A stretch of DNA of 64,000 nt from an uncultured Flavobacteriales bacterium (GCA_964544885.1 CAZJDX010000005.1:19862-83861); one strand, 5' to 3'. Numbered from the stretch's first letter, positions 18,831 through 29,054 are shown. Notes: a model not told the origin generated them from the sequence alone. A program made the numbers and translations.

Positions 18831-20894
18831 ATGCTAAAACCCATGAAACTGACCTGTATCCTGCTTCTCTCACTGCTTTCATTTTCGGTGAATGCTCAGG
18901 GTCTGATGACTCCAGAAACCTTGTTCCGCCTGAAAAGATTATCTGAACCGGTACTCTCACCCGATGCCGGTAATGTGGTCTATAGCGTAAGGACGATGAA
19001 TCTCGAGTCTAATAGCGGGAATACGGATTTGTATATACTCGATCTGAAAACGAACAAAATAAAAGCGCTCGTTGCCGATACTGACTGCAACGAATCTTCC
19101 GCTGTTTTCACAAGAGCTGGTGACAGGATCTACTTTTTAAGTGACAAAGGAGGGAGTTCACAGATATGGAGCATTTCCAGTGATGGATCAGAGCTCAAAA
19201 AAGTAAGTGAGCAGGCAAGCGATATTAATTGCTTCGGAATCTCACCGGATGGAAGAAAGGTCTGGTTCGCAATGGATGTAAAAATTGAGAAAGTCACAGG
19301 CGCCGAAAGGTATACCGATCTTCCCAAATCAACAGGGAAAGTGTATGATGACCTGATGATGCGCCGCTGGAACCGCTGGGAAGATGGAAGCTATAGCCAT
19401 CTATTCGTAGCAGACTTTGACGGTTCCCGGATCAGTTCGACCCCGATTGACCTCATGAAAGGTGAAGCACATGATTCACCCATGCAACCGCATGGAGGAG
19501 CGGAACAGATAAAATGGAGTCCGGATGGAAAAACGCTGGCTTATACATGCAAACGTTCCACCGGCCTTCATTATGCCACCCATACCAATTCCGATGTTTA
19601 TTTGTATGATGTGAGTAGTGGCCAAACCACAAATATCAGCAGCGGAATGCTTGGTTATGACAAGAACCCGGTGTTCTCTCCTGATAATACCAAAGTATTG
19701 TGGCAGAGCCAGGCAGAGGATGGTAACGAAGCCGACCGTGACAGGATTTTTGTTTATGATCGTCTCACCAAGACTTCTAAAGAGATCACCACCGGTTTTG
19801 ACCTGAGCGTTGAATCAGCTGTCTGGGGTTCTGATAGTAAAAAGATTTATTTTCTCGCTGTGACTCAGGCCACTTCGCAGGTATTTGTGTATGATTCCGG
19901 TGTTAAAAAGGGCTCGCCGATCATACAACTGACAAATGATATTGCAGATTATTCAGAGATGACAATGGCAGTGAACAGCTTGAAAAAGGATGTTCTGGTT
20001 TGTTCCAGAATGTCTATGTCATCTCCTGCTGAACTTTTCACCGTGGACCTTAAAACCGGTGCCGGCAAGCAGATCACCTTTACTAACAAAGAAATTCTGG
20101 ATACGGTCAGTATGGGTGAAGTGAGAAAGAGAATGGTGAAAGCCAGCGATGGAAAAGAAATTCTCACCTGGGTGATTTATCCTCCCGGTTTTGATCCGGC
20201 AAAAAAATATCCCACCCTGCTGTATTGCCAGGGCGGTCCTCAAAGTCCGCTCAGCCAGTTCTTCTCCTACAGATGGAATTTTCAGCTGATGGCGGCAAAC
20301 GGCTATATTATTGTGGCACCTAACCGCAGAGGAATGCCCGGTTTCGGTACACAGTGGAATGATCAGATAAGCGAGGACTGGGGCGGACAAGCCATGCGAG
20401 ACCTGCTTAGCGCAATAGATGATGTATCGAATGAGCCATACGTCAGCAAAGATAAATTAGGTGCAGTTGGGGCCAGTTACGGGGGATTCTCCGTATTCTG
20501 GCTGGAAGGCCATCACGAAAAGAGGTTTAAAACATTTATCTCTCATTGCGGTGTGTTCAATATAGAGAGTATGCTGGCAACGGAAGAGTTGTTTTTCTAT
20601 GAGCACGAAAATGGAGGATATTACTGGGAAAATCCCGTACCGAAAAGTTACGCGGCCTTTTCTCCACACCGGTTCGTCTCAAAATGGGATACGCCGATAT
20701 TGATCATCTCCAATGAACTGGATTATCGTGTTCCATACAGTCAGGGATTGGAAGCCTACTCCGCAGCCAGATTGAAAAATATACCTGCCAGGTTCATCTC
20801 ATTCCCCGATGAGGGCCACTGGGTGCTGAAACCACAGAATGCCGTGCAATGGCAGCGGGAATTTTTCGGATGGCTGGAACGATATCTGAAATAG
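18831..20894 (+). CDS. S9 family serine peptidase (prolyl oligopeptidase/dipeptidyl-peptidase-like), secreted
   Basis: 687 aa, signal peptide, N-terminal beta-propeller region, C-terminal alpha/beta-hydrolase with GASYGGF nucleophile elbow. Confidence 0.8.
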   Translation: MLKPMKLTCILLLSLLSFSVNAQGLMTPETLFRLKRLSEPVLSPDAGNVVYSVRTMNLESNSGNTDLYILDLKTNKIKALVADTDCNESSAVFTRAGDRIYFLSDKGGSSQIWSISSDGSELKKVSEQASDINCFGISPDGRKVWFAMDVKIEKVTGAERYTDLPKSTGKVYDDLMMRRWNRWEDGSYSHLFVADFDGSRISSTPIDLMKGEAHDSPMQPHGGAEQIKWSPDGKTLAYTCKRSTGLHYATHTNSDVYLYDVSSGQTTNISSGMLGYDKNPVFSPDNTKVLWQSQAEDGNEADRDRIFVYDRLTKTSKEITTGFDLSVESAVWGSDSKKIYFLAVTQATSQVFVYDSGVKKGSPIIQLTNDIADYSEMTMAVNSLKKDVLVCSRMSMSSPAELFTVDLKTGAGKQITFTNKEILDTVSMGEVRKRMVKASDGKEILTWVIYPPGFDPAKKYPTLLYCQGGPQSPLSQFFSYRWNFQLMAANGYIIVAPNRRGMPGFGTQWNDQISEDWGGQAMRDLLSAIDDVSNEPYVSKDKLGAVGASYGGFSVFWLEGHHEKRFKTFISHCGVFNIESMLATEELFFYEHENGGYYWENPVPKSYAAFSPHRFVSKWDTPILIISNELDYRVPYSQGLEAYSAARLKNIPARFISFPDEGHWVLKPQNAVQWQREFFGWLERYLK

Positions 20895-20957
20895 AATACT
20901 CTCATTCCCAGCATATAATGCAGGTGAAATACATTTCTGTATTTCATCTAAATACTC

Positions 20958-20965
20958 TACTTTTG
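20958..20965 (+). promoter_or_regulatory. Candidate Bacteroidetes-type -7 promoter element (TAcTTTTG) for the tRNA-Leu pair
   Basis: Matches the TAnnTTTG consensus ~50 nt upstream of tRNA-Leu. No clear -33 TTG at proper spacing, hence low confidence. Confidence 0.25.
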
Positions 20966-21016
20966 CAGCCCGCATCCTCAGTAAATCCGTCCGTGATACA
21001 ATACGGATATCACCTT

Positions 21017-21096
21017 GCCCAGGTGGCGAAATTGGTAGACGCACCACTTTGAGGGGGTGGCGGGCAACCATGCGAGTTCGAGTCTCGCCCTGGGCA
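21017..21096 (+). tRNA. tRNA-Leu (anticodon GAG)
   Basis: Hand-folded cloverleaf: acceptor gcccagg/cctgggc, anticodon stem ccact/ggtgg, loop ttGAGgg, long variable arm (type II), T-arm gcgag-ttcgagt-ctcgc, discriminator A. CCA is not encoded. Confidence 0.8.
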
Positions 21097-21150
21097 CTCC
21101 GTTTACCGGGGTTACTTCAATGGTAACCTGACATGTAATGTCGAAATCCT

Positions 21151-21234
21151 GCCCGGGTGGCGAAATTGGTAAACGTTGCGGTCTCAGAAGCCGTTGGAGT
21201 TAAATCCTTGTGAGTTCGAGTCTCACCTCGGGCA
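21151..21234 (+). tRNA. tRNA-Leu (anticodon CAG)
   Basis: Acceptor gcccggg/ctcgggc (one G-U), anticodon loop ctCAGaa, long variable arm, T-arm gtgag-ttcgagt-ctcac, discriminator A. Confidence 0.75.
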
Positions 21235-21243
21235 CGAGAAACA

Positions 21244-21274
21244 AACCCCGCTCAAAAGGCGGGGTTCGTTTTTA
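21244..21274 (+). terminator. Rho-independent terminator after the tRNA pair
   Basis: ccccgc-tcaaaag-gcgggg hairpin followed by TTCGTTTTT. Confidence 0.7.
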
Positions 21275-21379
21275 TGATGCAGGTTCATACCTGAAAAAGT
21301 CATACCGACGATTCCGGGATTTGAAAATCGGTATTAACCATTACCTTGGGGTATCGGAGATCCGGAAATAATTCTGTCT

Positions 21380-23017
21380 ATGAAAAGTATTCCTTCAGTC
21401 AGCGGCAAATTTGTTGATATTTTCAACCGTAGAATTCTTCACGGAACCTTCTTTGTGGAGAACGGTATCATTAAGTCTTTCCAGAAGGATGATAGAATCA
21501 ATGGGCCTTATATACTTCCGGGATTTGTGGATGCTCATATTCATATAGAATCATCCATGTTGCTTCCCTATGAATTTGCCAGGATTGCCCTGGGTCATGG
21601 GACGGTAGCAACTGTCAGCGATCCTCATGAGATCGCCAATGTCATGGGAATGGAAGGAGTGGAGTATATGCTTGAAAATGCGAAAGACGCTCAATTGAAA
21701 TTTTGTTTTGGTGCCCCTTCCTGTGTCCCGGCTACGAGATTCGAAACCTCCGGTGATTTGCTGGATGAAAAGGCAGTAGAGATCCTGCTCAGGAGACCCG
21801 ATATATTTTACCTCAGCGAAATGATGAATTATCCGGGTGTTCTGAGCAGGGATCCGGAAGTGATGAAGAAGATCGGACATGCAAGAAAATATTCACTGCC
21901 TGTCGACGGACATGCGCCCGGCCTGAGAGGCGATGAGGCAAAACGGTATATCGAAGCAGGTATAAGCACCGACCATGAGTGTTTTACACTGGATGAAGCG
22001 CTTGACAAACTCCGGTTTGGAATGAAGATACTCATACGTGAAGGATCTGCAGCCAGAAACTTTGAAGCGCTGCATTCATTGCTCGAAACTCATCCTGACA
22101 TGTGTATGCTCTGCTGTGATGACAAACATCCTGATGAATTATTGCATGGTCATATTGATGAACATGTGAAGAGAGCGGTTGCGCTTGGATATAATGTGTT
22201 CGACGTACTAAGGGCTGCTTGCATCAATCCGGTACTTCATTATAAACTGCCCGTCGGACTATTACGTGAAGGTGATCCGGCGGATTTTATTCTTGTTGAG
22301 GACCTGAAAGATTTTAAAGTTCTTTCAACAGTGATCAATGGTAAAGCGGTGTATCACGACAATACTTGTTTTCTTCCCTTGCGTTCCCATCCTGTGATAA
22401 ACCGATTCAACGCGGATCTGAAAAATCCTGATGACTTTGCAGTAACTGCCGCCGGTGATCATATACGCGTCATTGAAGCGCTCGATGGTCAGCTTATCAC
22501 AAAAGAAACCAAAGTCAGGGCAAAGGAAAAGAATGGAAGGGTGCACGCAGATCCGGAAAACGATATACTCAAAATGGCAGTAGTAAATCGTTATACGAAT
22601 TCCGATCCCTCCCTTGCTTTTATAAAAAACTTTGGACTCAGATCCGGAGCCATAGCTTCAAGTGTCGCGCACGATTCACATAACATCATTGTCGTTGGTG
22701 CCGATGATGAGTCAATCTGCCGGGCGGTGAATTTACTTGTATCCGAACGAGGTGGTCTGGTGGCAGTGGATGGTGACAAGACAGAGCTTCTCTCCTTACC
22801 GGTAGGAGGATTAATGAGTGATAAGGACTGTCATGTTGTAGGAAATACGTATCACCGTCTTCATTCGATGGCAAAAGAGATGGGTTCTCCGTTGCGGGCA
22901 CCTTTTATGACCCTTTCCTTCATGGCCTTGCTGGTGATTCCTCAATTGAAATTAAGTGACAAAGGATTGTTTGATGGTAAGAATTTCAGTTTTGTCAACC
23001 TGTTTTATAAGGATTGA
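21380..23017 (+). CDS. ade: Adenine deaminase
   Basis: 545 aa amidohydrolase. GFVDAHIHIESSM metal-binding motif and overall length fit the adenine deaminase family. Confidence 0.8.
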   Translation: MKSIPSVSGKFVDIFNRRILHGTFFVENGIIKSFQKDDRINGPYILPGFVDAHIHIESSMLLPYEFARIALGHGTVATVSDPHEIANVMGMEGVEYMLENAKDAQLKFCFGAPSCVPATRFETSGDLLDEKAVEILLRRPDIFYLSEMMNYPGVLSRDPEVMKKIGHARKYSLPVDGHAPGLRGDEAKRYIEAGISTDHECFTLDEALDKLRFGMKILIREGSAARNFEALHSLLETHPDMCMLCCDDKHPDELLHGHIDEHVKRAVALGYNVFDVLRAACINPVLHYKLPVGLLREGDPADFILVEDLKDFKVLSTVINGKAVYHDNTCFLPLRSHPVINRFNADLKNPDDFAVTAAGDHIRVIEALDGQLITKETKVRAKEKNGRVHADPENDILKMAVVNRYTNSDPSLAFIKNFGLRSGAIASSVAHDSHNIIVVGADDESICRAVNLLVSERGGLVAVDGDKTELLSLPVGGLMSDKDCHVVGNTYHRLHSMAKEMGSPLRAPFMTLSFMALLVIPQLKLSDKGLFDGKNFSFVNLFYKD

Positions 23018-23427
23018 GTGAATAGTTTTATTTTAAACGCACCATTTTTTTTGAATGATTCCAACGTACTTCTCTTGATCATTCCGGTTCCGGTTTTACC
23101 TGATGTGCATTTTGTAAGAAATCAGGCGAAACTGGACCAACCTTTCCATCTTAGGATCATATAAGGACCATCCGAAACAGCTTAACAGGCTTGATTTCAG
23201 GAGAATTTTAATTAAAAAATTTTGGTTAAGTAGAGTGGTTTTTGGTTAGACAGAGACCCCGTCAGCTTCATGCCGGCGGGGTTCTCTTTTTTTGAAAAAA
23301 TAAGCCGTTGGCCATAAAAGTAACCCTCGTTTCCCAATGTTTTCGATCCATTTACCAAACAATGTGGATTATGCCCGGCTCACGGGAGTACTTTTGACAT
23401 GTTCATTTAAACCCAAATTTAGAGCCC

Positions 23428-23679
23428 ATGAGCAGAAGAGAAATACAACAGTACATTCACCACCCGGGATTATTCACCTTTAAAGACGGCAAATCAGATC
23501 AGGGTATGATCATAGTCCGGTATAACATCCCTGAAGGGAAGATCGAATACTATTTCATTCCTGAGCAAAACATGATGGCATACCGTTCCGCCAGGTCAAA
23601 TCATGATCTGAATGCTCACCGAGTCCTTGGAAGCAGAATTGATGTGGAAGAAATACACAGTGCACAAATGATTAACTGA
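23428..23679 (+). CDS. Hypothetical small protein
   Basis: 83 aa ORF with no recognisable motif. Followed 8 nt later by an untracked 30-codon hydrophobic ORF (see findings). Confidence 0.3.
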   Translation: MSRREIQQYIHHPGLFTFKDGKSDQGMIIVRYNIPEGKIEYYFIPEQNMMAYRSARSNHDLNAHRVLGSRIDVEEIHSAQMIN

Positions 23680-23830
23680 AATCTCCGATGAAAAAGTTCA
23701 CACTCTTCAATAAACTGTTCATTCTGTTCTTCCTGGCACTGATTATTTTCATCATCCTCACGGTGCCGCACGAAGTCTGAAGATCAAAACGCCCGGCTGC
23801 GTACGGGCTTCACAATCAATTAACCATTGA

Positions 23831-23867
23831 AAACAAAACCCCGGCTGATTACCGGGGTTTCTTTATT
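23831..23867. terminator. Bidirectional rho-independent terminator (end of dnaN on the minus strand; also serves the + strand)
   Basis: ccccgg-ctgatta-ccgggg hairpin flanked by an A-run upstream and T-run downstream. Confidence 0.65.
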
Positions 23868-23884
23868 AAAAGATTCAGTTGAGT

Positions 23885-25006
23885 TTAGTTGTTGAGCATT
23901 ACCGGCATCACGAGCATCAACACATCTTCATCCGGATGGCTTTTTTCATCCGGAGTGATGATACCTGCCCGGTTGGGCGCAGACATTTCCAGCAACACTT
24001 TTTCTGATTCAAGATTACTAAGCATATCACTGAGAAAACGTGCGTTGAATCCAATTTCAAGATCTTCACCTGTATAATCGCAGGTCCGGCGCTCGGTGGC
24101 TTCGTTGGAATAATCAGGATCTTCACTGCTGATATGTAATTCGCTTCCTACGATCCTAAGCCTTACCTGATGCGTTGTTTTATTTGCAAAGAGACTTACC
24201 CGTCTGACGGATTCAAGCAAAGCACTTCTGTCGATAATGAGCTTATTGGGATTATCAGTGGGTATTACCGCTTCATAGTTCGGATATCTTCCGTCAATCA
24301 GGCGACAAATCAGTGAACGGTTTCCGAATTCAAAAAACGCATTGTTATCCGTGTAATTTACCTTTACATGGTCTGATGAGGCAATGATATTTTTCAGAAG
24401 GTTCAGTGGTTTCTTGGGAACAATAAAGGCGCCTTCAAATTTACTCTTCAGATCATTTCTCCGGTAACGCACCAGTTTGTGCGCATCAGTTGCTACAAAT
24501 GTGATGTTGTCCTTGCTCAACTGAAAAAAGACTCCTGTCATCACCGGACGAAGATCATCAATTCCGGTGGCGAACAGTGTCTTATTGATGGCATCAATGA
24601 GCGTTTTTCCCTCAATGTCAAGTGCCTTACTTCCATCCATAGACGGCATCTTCGGAAATTCATCGCCATCGAATCCAGTTAGCTTGTATTTGCCACTTTC
24701 CGATACGATCTCGATACTTTTTGTTTTGTCGTCAATGAGAAAGGTCAGCGGCATCGGCCTGAATGTTTTCAGGGTATCAAGAAGGAGTCTTGCGGGAATG
24801 GCGATCTTTCCGCTTTGCTTGGCTTCCGTTAGCTGTACCTCAGTGGTTAAGGTGGATTCCAGGTCAGATGCGCTGATGGTCAGTATATCCTTGTGAACAG
24901 AAAATAAAAAATTGTCCAGAATAGGAAGGGGGTTGCTCGAATTGATTACGCCTCCTGCCAATTGAAGTTCTTTGAGGAGTACATCGCTGGATACTATAAA
25001 TTTCAT
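23885..25006 (-). CDS. dnaN: DNA polymerase III beta sliding clamp
   Basis: MKFIVSSDVLLKELQ... is the typical DnaN N-terminus. The ORF track's 404-aa version has a 31-aa non-conserved extension, so I place the start at ATG 25006 (372 aa). Confidence 0.9.
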   Translation of the reverse strand: MKFIVSSDVLLKELQLAGGVINSSNPLPILDNFLFSVHKDILTISASDLESTLTTEVQLTEAKQSGKIAIPARLLLDTLKTFRPMPLTFLIDDKTKSIEIVSESGKYKLTGFDGDEFPKMPSMDGSKALDIEGKTLIDAINKTLFATGIDDLRPVMTGVFFQLSKDNITFVATDAHKLVRYRRNDLKSKFEGAFIVPKKPLNLLKNIIASSDHVKVNYTDNNAFFEFGNRSLICRLIDGRYPNYEAVIPTDNPNKLIIDRSALLESVRRVSLFANKTTHQVRLRIVGSELHISSEDPDYSNEATERRTCDYTGEDLEIGFNARFLSDMLSNLESEKVLLEMSAPNRAGIITPDEKSHPDEDVLMLVMPVMLNN

Positions 25007-25262
25007 TGAGTGATGAGTGTTAACTGTGGGAGATGACTGAATTTTACTGCGTGACTTCTCAGCCTGCTCACTTTTTTCTTTTGTAATTTCTGCTTTCATA
25101 CCTGCAAACCTACAGGATTAAGCCCTTTCTGACAAGGAAATAATGGCATTTCATGAATGAGTTATTCAGGTTCTGCGCCGAGAAGCTTTTGCTGAATTAA
25201 AATCTTCAACACAAGCGTATATAACTGATATTCAGTAATATGTGTAAAATAATTTTAGATTT

Positions 25263-26300
25263 TTACCTGCCTTCATCTTTTAATACCGGAAGGAAGTCTT
25301 CGCCCTTGCGGAAAAGTTTATCAAAACTAAAATGTTGGAGCACGACCCAGTCATCTTTCTCAAGGATGAAACCATACATTCTGTCCACGTCGTAGGTGAG
25401 TGGCATACCAAGTGTATCCTGCAGAATGATGGAACTTTCATTGATCGGCATGGGATAAATACTCACGGTCTTTGTTTCACCTTTAAGGTCCTTAACCATT
25501 AATCTGCTCAGGGGAGTGGTCGCACGCAGCGAATCGCGGCTGGCGCGACTCATGCGTTTATCCCTTGAATCATAATAAACATTGGAGTACAGGGCCAGGT
25601 AATTTTCGACAGCCACCGAATCGATCACAGAATATGTTTGCTGATGAAAAGGAATCTTTAAAATAAATTTATTCTCCTTTCTTTCAAGAAGAAAGGATCG
25701 CTCCGGGAAAGCTGAGTATTCAATTCCCAACATGGCAATCTGCTCCGGTACATACCTGAAAAGTATGGGTTCGATCCAGTTTTCCCGTACCGGATTATAC
25801 CATGGAGTAAGATAACCGTTGAATCCAGGTATCTCTGTAACAAAGGGAGTACTTGAATTCTCCAGCATCATATAGGTTCCGAGTGCATCTTCGGTATGTC
25901 CGCCAATATAATAGGTCTTGAATGGTTTCTCTTCATCGTTTCTGTATATCTCGCATTTGATCCCTTCCGATGACAGTGCCTTAATAACGGTATTGAAACC
26001 TGATTCGGAAATTCTGGATTTCACCGAAACCGAATATAATGCTCTCAGCAGATTTTTCATCATATCCGATCGTGGCGGAATACTGTCACTGACAAACCAT
26101 TTCCCATCCCGCTTGCTTAATAATGTACTGTTACCTGCCCTGTCAGCGAGAAAAATCCTGCTAATGGTCGCCGTGTCCTTAATGGCAAAGTCCATCAATT
26201 CTGCACGGATACTTCCGGAATCATTTCTCTGAACAATGTAAATGGCGGTAATGCCAAGCAGCAAGGCTGCCAGGAATAATAGCAGGGTTTTATTTTTCAT
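25263..26300 (-). CDS. DUF4340-like protein downstream of gldG
   Basis: 345 aa, N-terminal TM helix, GldG-associated position. Overlaps the gldG stop by 11 nt. Confidence 0.55.
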   Translation of the reverse strand: MKNKTLLLFLAALLLGITAIYIVQRNDSGSIRAELMDFAIKDTATISRIFLADRAGNSTLLSKRDGKWFVSDSIPPRSDMMKNLLRALYSVSVKSRISESGFNTVIKALSSEGIKCEIYRNDEEKPFKTYYIGGHTEDALGTYMMLENSSTPFVTEIPGFNGYLTPWYNPVRENWIEPILFRYVPEQIAMLGIEYSAFPERSFLLERKENKFILKIPFHQQTYSVIDSVAVENYLALYSNVYYDSRDKRMSRASRDSLRATTPLSRLMVKDLKGETKTVSIYPMPINESSIILQDTLGMPLTYDVDRMYGFILEKDDWVVLQHFSFDKLFRKGEDFLPVLKDEGR

Positions 26301-28038
26301 GTTTTCGTCCTAAAGGAGACCCATATTTTTTTCTTCTCCATATGTTTCTTAACAGGCCGTATAATAGAATGAGTACAACCGGTAATAATACATTGAGCCA
26401 ACTTAATAATCCTGCCGATGCGGATTTCACCGGATCCAGCATACGAAGCTTGATTTCTTTTCCCCGAAGTTCCAGTATTTCCGTTTCATCACTCAGGTGA
26501 TCAATGCAATTCAGAATAAAATTCTTGTTTCCGTAATACTGTCCCGTGAAACGGTCGTAACCGAGGGGGTATATCGTTCCTTTACTGCTGACATAACTGC
26601 CAATGATATCACCATCAGAAATGACGATCATTTTCCCCGGTACACTTGATGACCTGAAATCTATTTCTTTAGACTCCGTGATGGCCTGTGGAATCCGGTT
26701 CTCAAAGTTTGATGAGAATATCCCTTCAAGTGATACCGCAACCGGCAGGTTCTTCCTTCGGAATTCGCCTGGATCAGGTTCATCCTGCAGAATATTCAAA
26801 CTAACCCTTGCCGGAGGCAATTGCACTTTGCAGAAAGCGGAACTTTCCAACAGAATCGTTTTCCTTACCTTATTTTCTTCAATGGTATCTATAGTGCTGA
26901 TGAATTCCGCTTTAATTGCATTCAGGTTCTTCACAACCGGATTTTCACTGACAGGATTAAGCAAGGGAAAATAATACCATGGAAACAAATCCTGTTTTGG
27001 CTGATTGCCTACATATCCCGTAACCACGGGAATCGGTGCTGCCTGAAGGTCCAGAATGAGATCGTTGTTAACCCTCACACCATACTTGAAAAGCATGTCA
27101 TCCAGGTTGAGTTCGAGAGCCATGGCAATATTGGTGTTTACGCTGCTGAGGCTGTCCATATTGATCTGCATCTTATCCAACAGCCATAAAACCCTGCCAC
27201 CTTTCATAATGAACTGATCAATGATGAACTTGTCTTTTTCATCAAAGGCAAGTAGTGGTTTCGCGATAACAAGTACCTTATAGTCGTTCAAGATATTGAG
27301 TCTTCCGCCTATGGTGACCGTATCAACTTTATATAACTCGCTCAGCGAATTGGCAATGTCCGTAATCTGCTTCGTTGAAAGTTCTGAATGCCCCTGTAAA
27401 AATGCGATCTGTCTGGAAACCGGGGTACTTAGTTTGCGCAGGGTGGTGGCAATCTCATATTCCAGTCCTTCTATGGAATTGTTGAGCATTTCATCCGGAC
27501 TTCCGCCGATCTTATTCTTTAGAAGTTGCAAAGGCACTTCTTTACTTCCATAGCTAACTATGGCAGCCGGAAAAATCAGCCGCTGCGACCTGGATCCTTT
27601 TTCATGTTGTTCAAGTTGGGTTGGTTGAAGTCCTTTTTCAGTCAGTTGCTGATAGATTTTCATCCTCTCCTTATCGTCGGTCCCTGCTGATGGATCGATA
27701 AACTGATATTCAATATTCTTGCCGGCATAAACACGGAATTCTTCAAGGATATCACGCGTTGAATTTCTGAGTTCCTTGAAACCAGGTGGCAGATCACCGT
27801 CCAGGTAAACTTTAAAATAGACCATATCTTTCAATCCGGAGGCAAGTTCTTTTGAAGATTGGGAAAGAGAGTAGCGACTTTCCGCTGTAAAGTCGAACCT
27901 TGTGTAAATCCGGGAAGATATGATGTTGATGAAAATAATGATAGCTGTAACACTTAGCAGTTGAAGTATGCTCTGCCTGCGTTTGCTGAGGTATTTCTTC
28001 TTTCGCTCCATGGCCTGTTCAGAATTTTCTTCTTTCAA
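26290..28038 (-). CDS. gldG: Gliding motility-associated ABC transporter auxiliary component GldG
   Basis: 582 aa. N-terminal TM helix followed by RFDFTAESRYSLSQSSKELASGLKD and a C-terminal TM helix plus basic tail, the typical GldG architecture. Start may be the internal ATG at 28011. Confidence 0.8.
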   Translation of the reverse strand: MKEENSEQAMERKKKYLSKRRQSILQLLSVTAIIIFINIISSRIYTRFDFTAESRYSLSQSSKELASGLKDMVYFKVYLDGDLPPGFKELRNSTRDILEEFRVYAGKNIEYQFIDPSAGTDDKERMKIYQQLTEKGLQPTQLEQHEKGSRSQRLIFPAAIVSYGSKEVPLQLLKNKIGGSPDEMLNNSIEGLEYEIATTLRKLSTPVSRQIAFLQGHSELSTKQITDIANSLSELYKVDTVTIGGRLNILNDYKVLVIAKPLLAFDEKDKFIIDQFIMKGGRVLWLLDKMQINMDSLSSVNTNIAMALELNLDDMLFKYGVRVNNDLILDLQAAPIPVVTGYVGNQPKQDLFPWYYFPLLNPVSENPVVKNLNAIKAEFISTIDTIEENKVRKTILLESSAFCKVQLPPARVSLNILQDEPDPGEFRRKNLPVAVSLEGIFSSNFENRIPQAITESKEIDFRSSSVPGKMIVISDGDIIGSYVSSKGTIYPLGYDRFTGQYYGNKNFILNCIDHLSDETEILELRGKEIKLRMLDPVKSASAGLLSWLNVLLPVVLILLYGLLRNIWRRKKYGSPLGRKHEK

Positions 28039-28759
28039 GATTATACCTGGTCAGAAAGATGAAGAAGGTGGAAAGGGAAAGAAAATAGATCATGTCGCGC
28101 GTATCAATTACACCACGGCTCATGGAAGAATAATGAGATGAAATGCCGATCGCGCTGAAAAAATATTTCAGACCTCCTGGCAAATTCATTGCAGACAAGG
28201 CTTCAAATCCGTTATAAAAAAAGAATGAAAGCAATACGGAGAGCAGGAAAGCGATGATCTGGTTCTGTGTCAGTGATGAGGAGAAGATCCCGATGGCCGT
28301 GAATCCGCTGCAGAGAAATATCAAACCGAGATAGGAGCCAGTGATCCCGGCTGTATCTACATTTCCTGCAGGCGAAGCCATCCGGTATATTGACAGGTAA
28401 TAGAGGAGGGTGGGAAGCAGGGATATGATCACGAGCAGAATGGATGCTCCGTACTTCGCCAATACGATCTGTAAATCGCTGAGTGGACGGGTAAAAAGAG
28501 TCTCAATGGTACCGCTTCTCTTTTCTTCAGCAAACATCCTCATGGTGATGGCCGGAATAAGAAATAAAAATACCCATGGAGCAAGAATGAAAAGCGAATC
28601 AAGCGCGGCCATTCTGTTCTCAATGAGATTAAATTCAGTGCCGGGAATTTTCCATATAAACAGCCCAACGATAAGAAGAAATACACATATTACCATGTAT
28701 CCCATAATGGATGACATGAATGAACTTATTTCTTTTCGGAGGAGTACGAGCACGTTCAC
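28019..28759 (-). CDS. gldF: Gliding motility-associated ABC-2 type permease GldF
   Basis: 246 aa, six predicted TM helices, immediately upstream of and overlapping gldG. Confidence 0.8.
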   Translation of the reverse strand: MNVLVLLRKEISSFMSSIMGYMVICVFLLIVGLFIWKIPGTEFNLIENRMAALDSLFILAPWVFLFLIPAITMRMFAEEKRSGTIETLFTRPLSDLQIVLAKYGASILLVIISLLPTLLYYLSIYRMASPAGNVDTAGITGSYLGLIFLCSGFTAIGIFSSSLTQNQIIAFLLSVLLSFFFYNGFEALSAMNLPGGLKYFFSAIGISSHYSSMSRGVIDTRDMIYFLSLSTFFIFLTRYNLERRKF

Positions 28760-29054
28760 TTATTACGCGCCAAAAATAACTTTTTTAAGCCAATCATCTC
28801 AGCTTTGTTCTTAATTGTAAATACGACGATCCGCAAGGAGTTTCTTCACATGAGGTTCATTGAATCCGCCCCATTAATCAGAAGCCGGACTCAATGCATC
28901 AGGCTAAAATTCCCGAACAGGAAAGCCCCATCGGCTGAGCTTATGGAAAACTGAAAGGATTGATTTTCCCGTTCCTCATGGAGTGGAATTTTCTCTACAG
29001 CATGGATCGGCTTTCGTTCAAGTCATTTCAAGGTTGAAAATGGAGCGGGACTGA

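Noticed and set aside
21245-21379. Possible purine riboswitch upstream of adenine deaminase.
   Set aside because: I could not find the conserved P1/J1-2 (UAUA), L2 GG and L3 CC elements of the purine aptamer in this 135-nt leader.
20895-23900. tRNA-adjacent region as a possible integrated mobile element.
   Set aside because: No integrase, excisionase, transposase or duplicated tRNA 3' end. The downstream genes (ade, small hypothetical) are ordinary and terminated normally.
25007-25099. 31-aa N-terminal extension of dnaN in the ORF track.
   Set aside because: The extension (MKAEITKEKSEQAEKSRSK...) is low-complexity and precedes the canonical DnaN start MKFIV. It is most likely an upstream in-frame ATG, not the real start.
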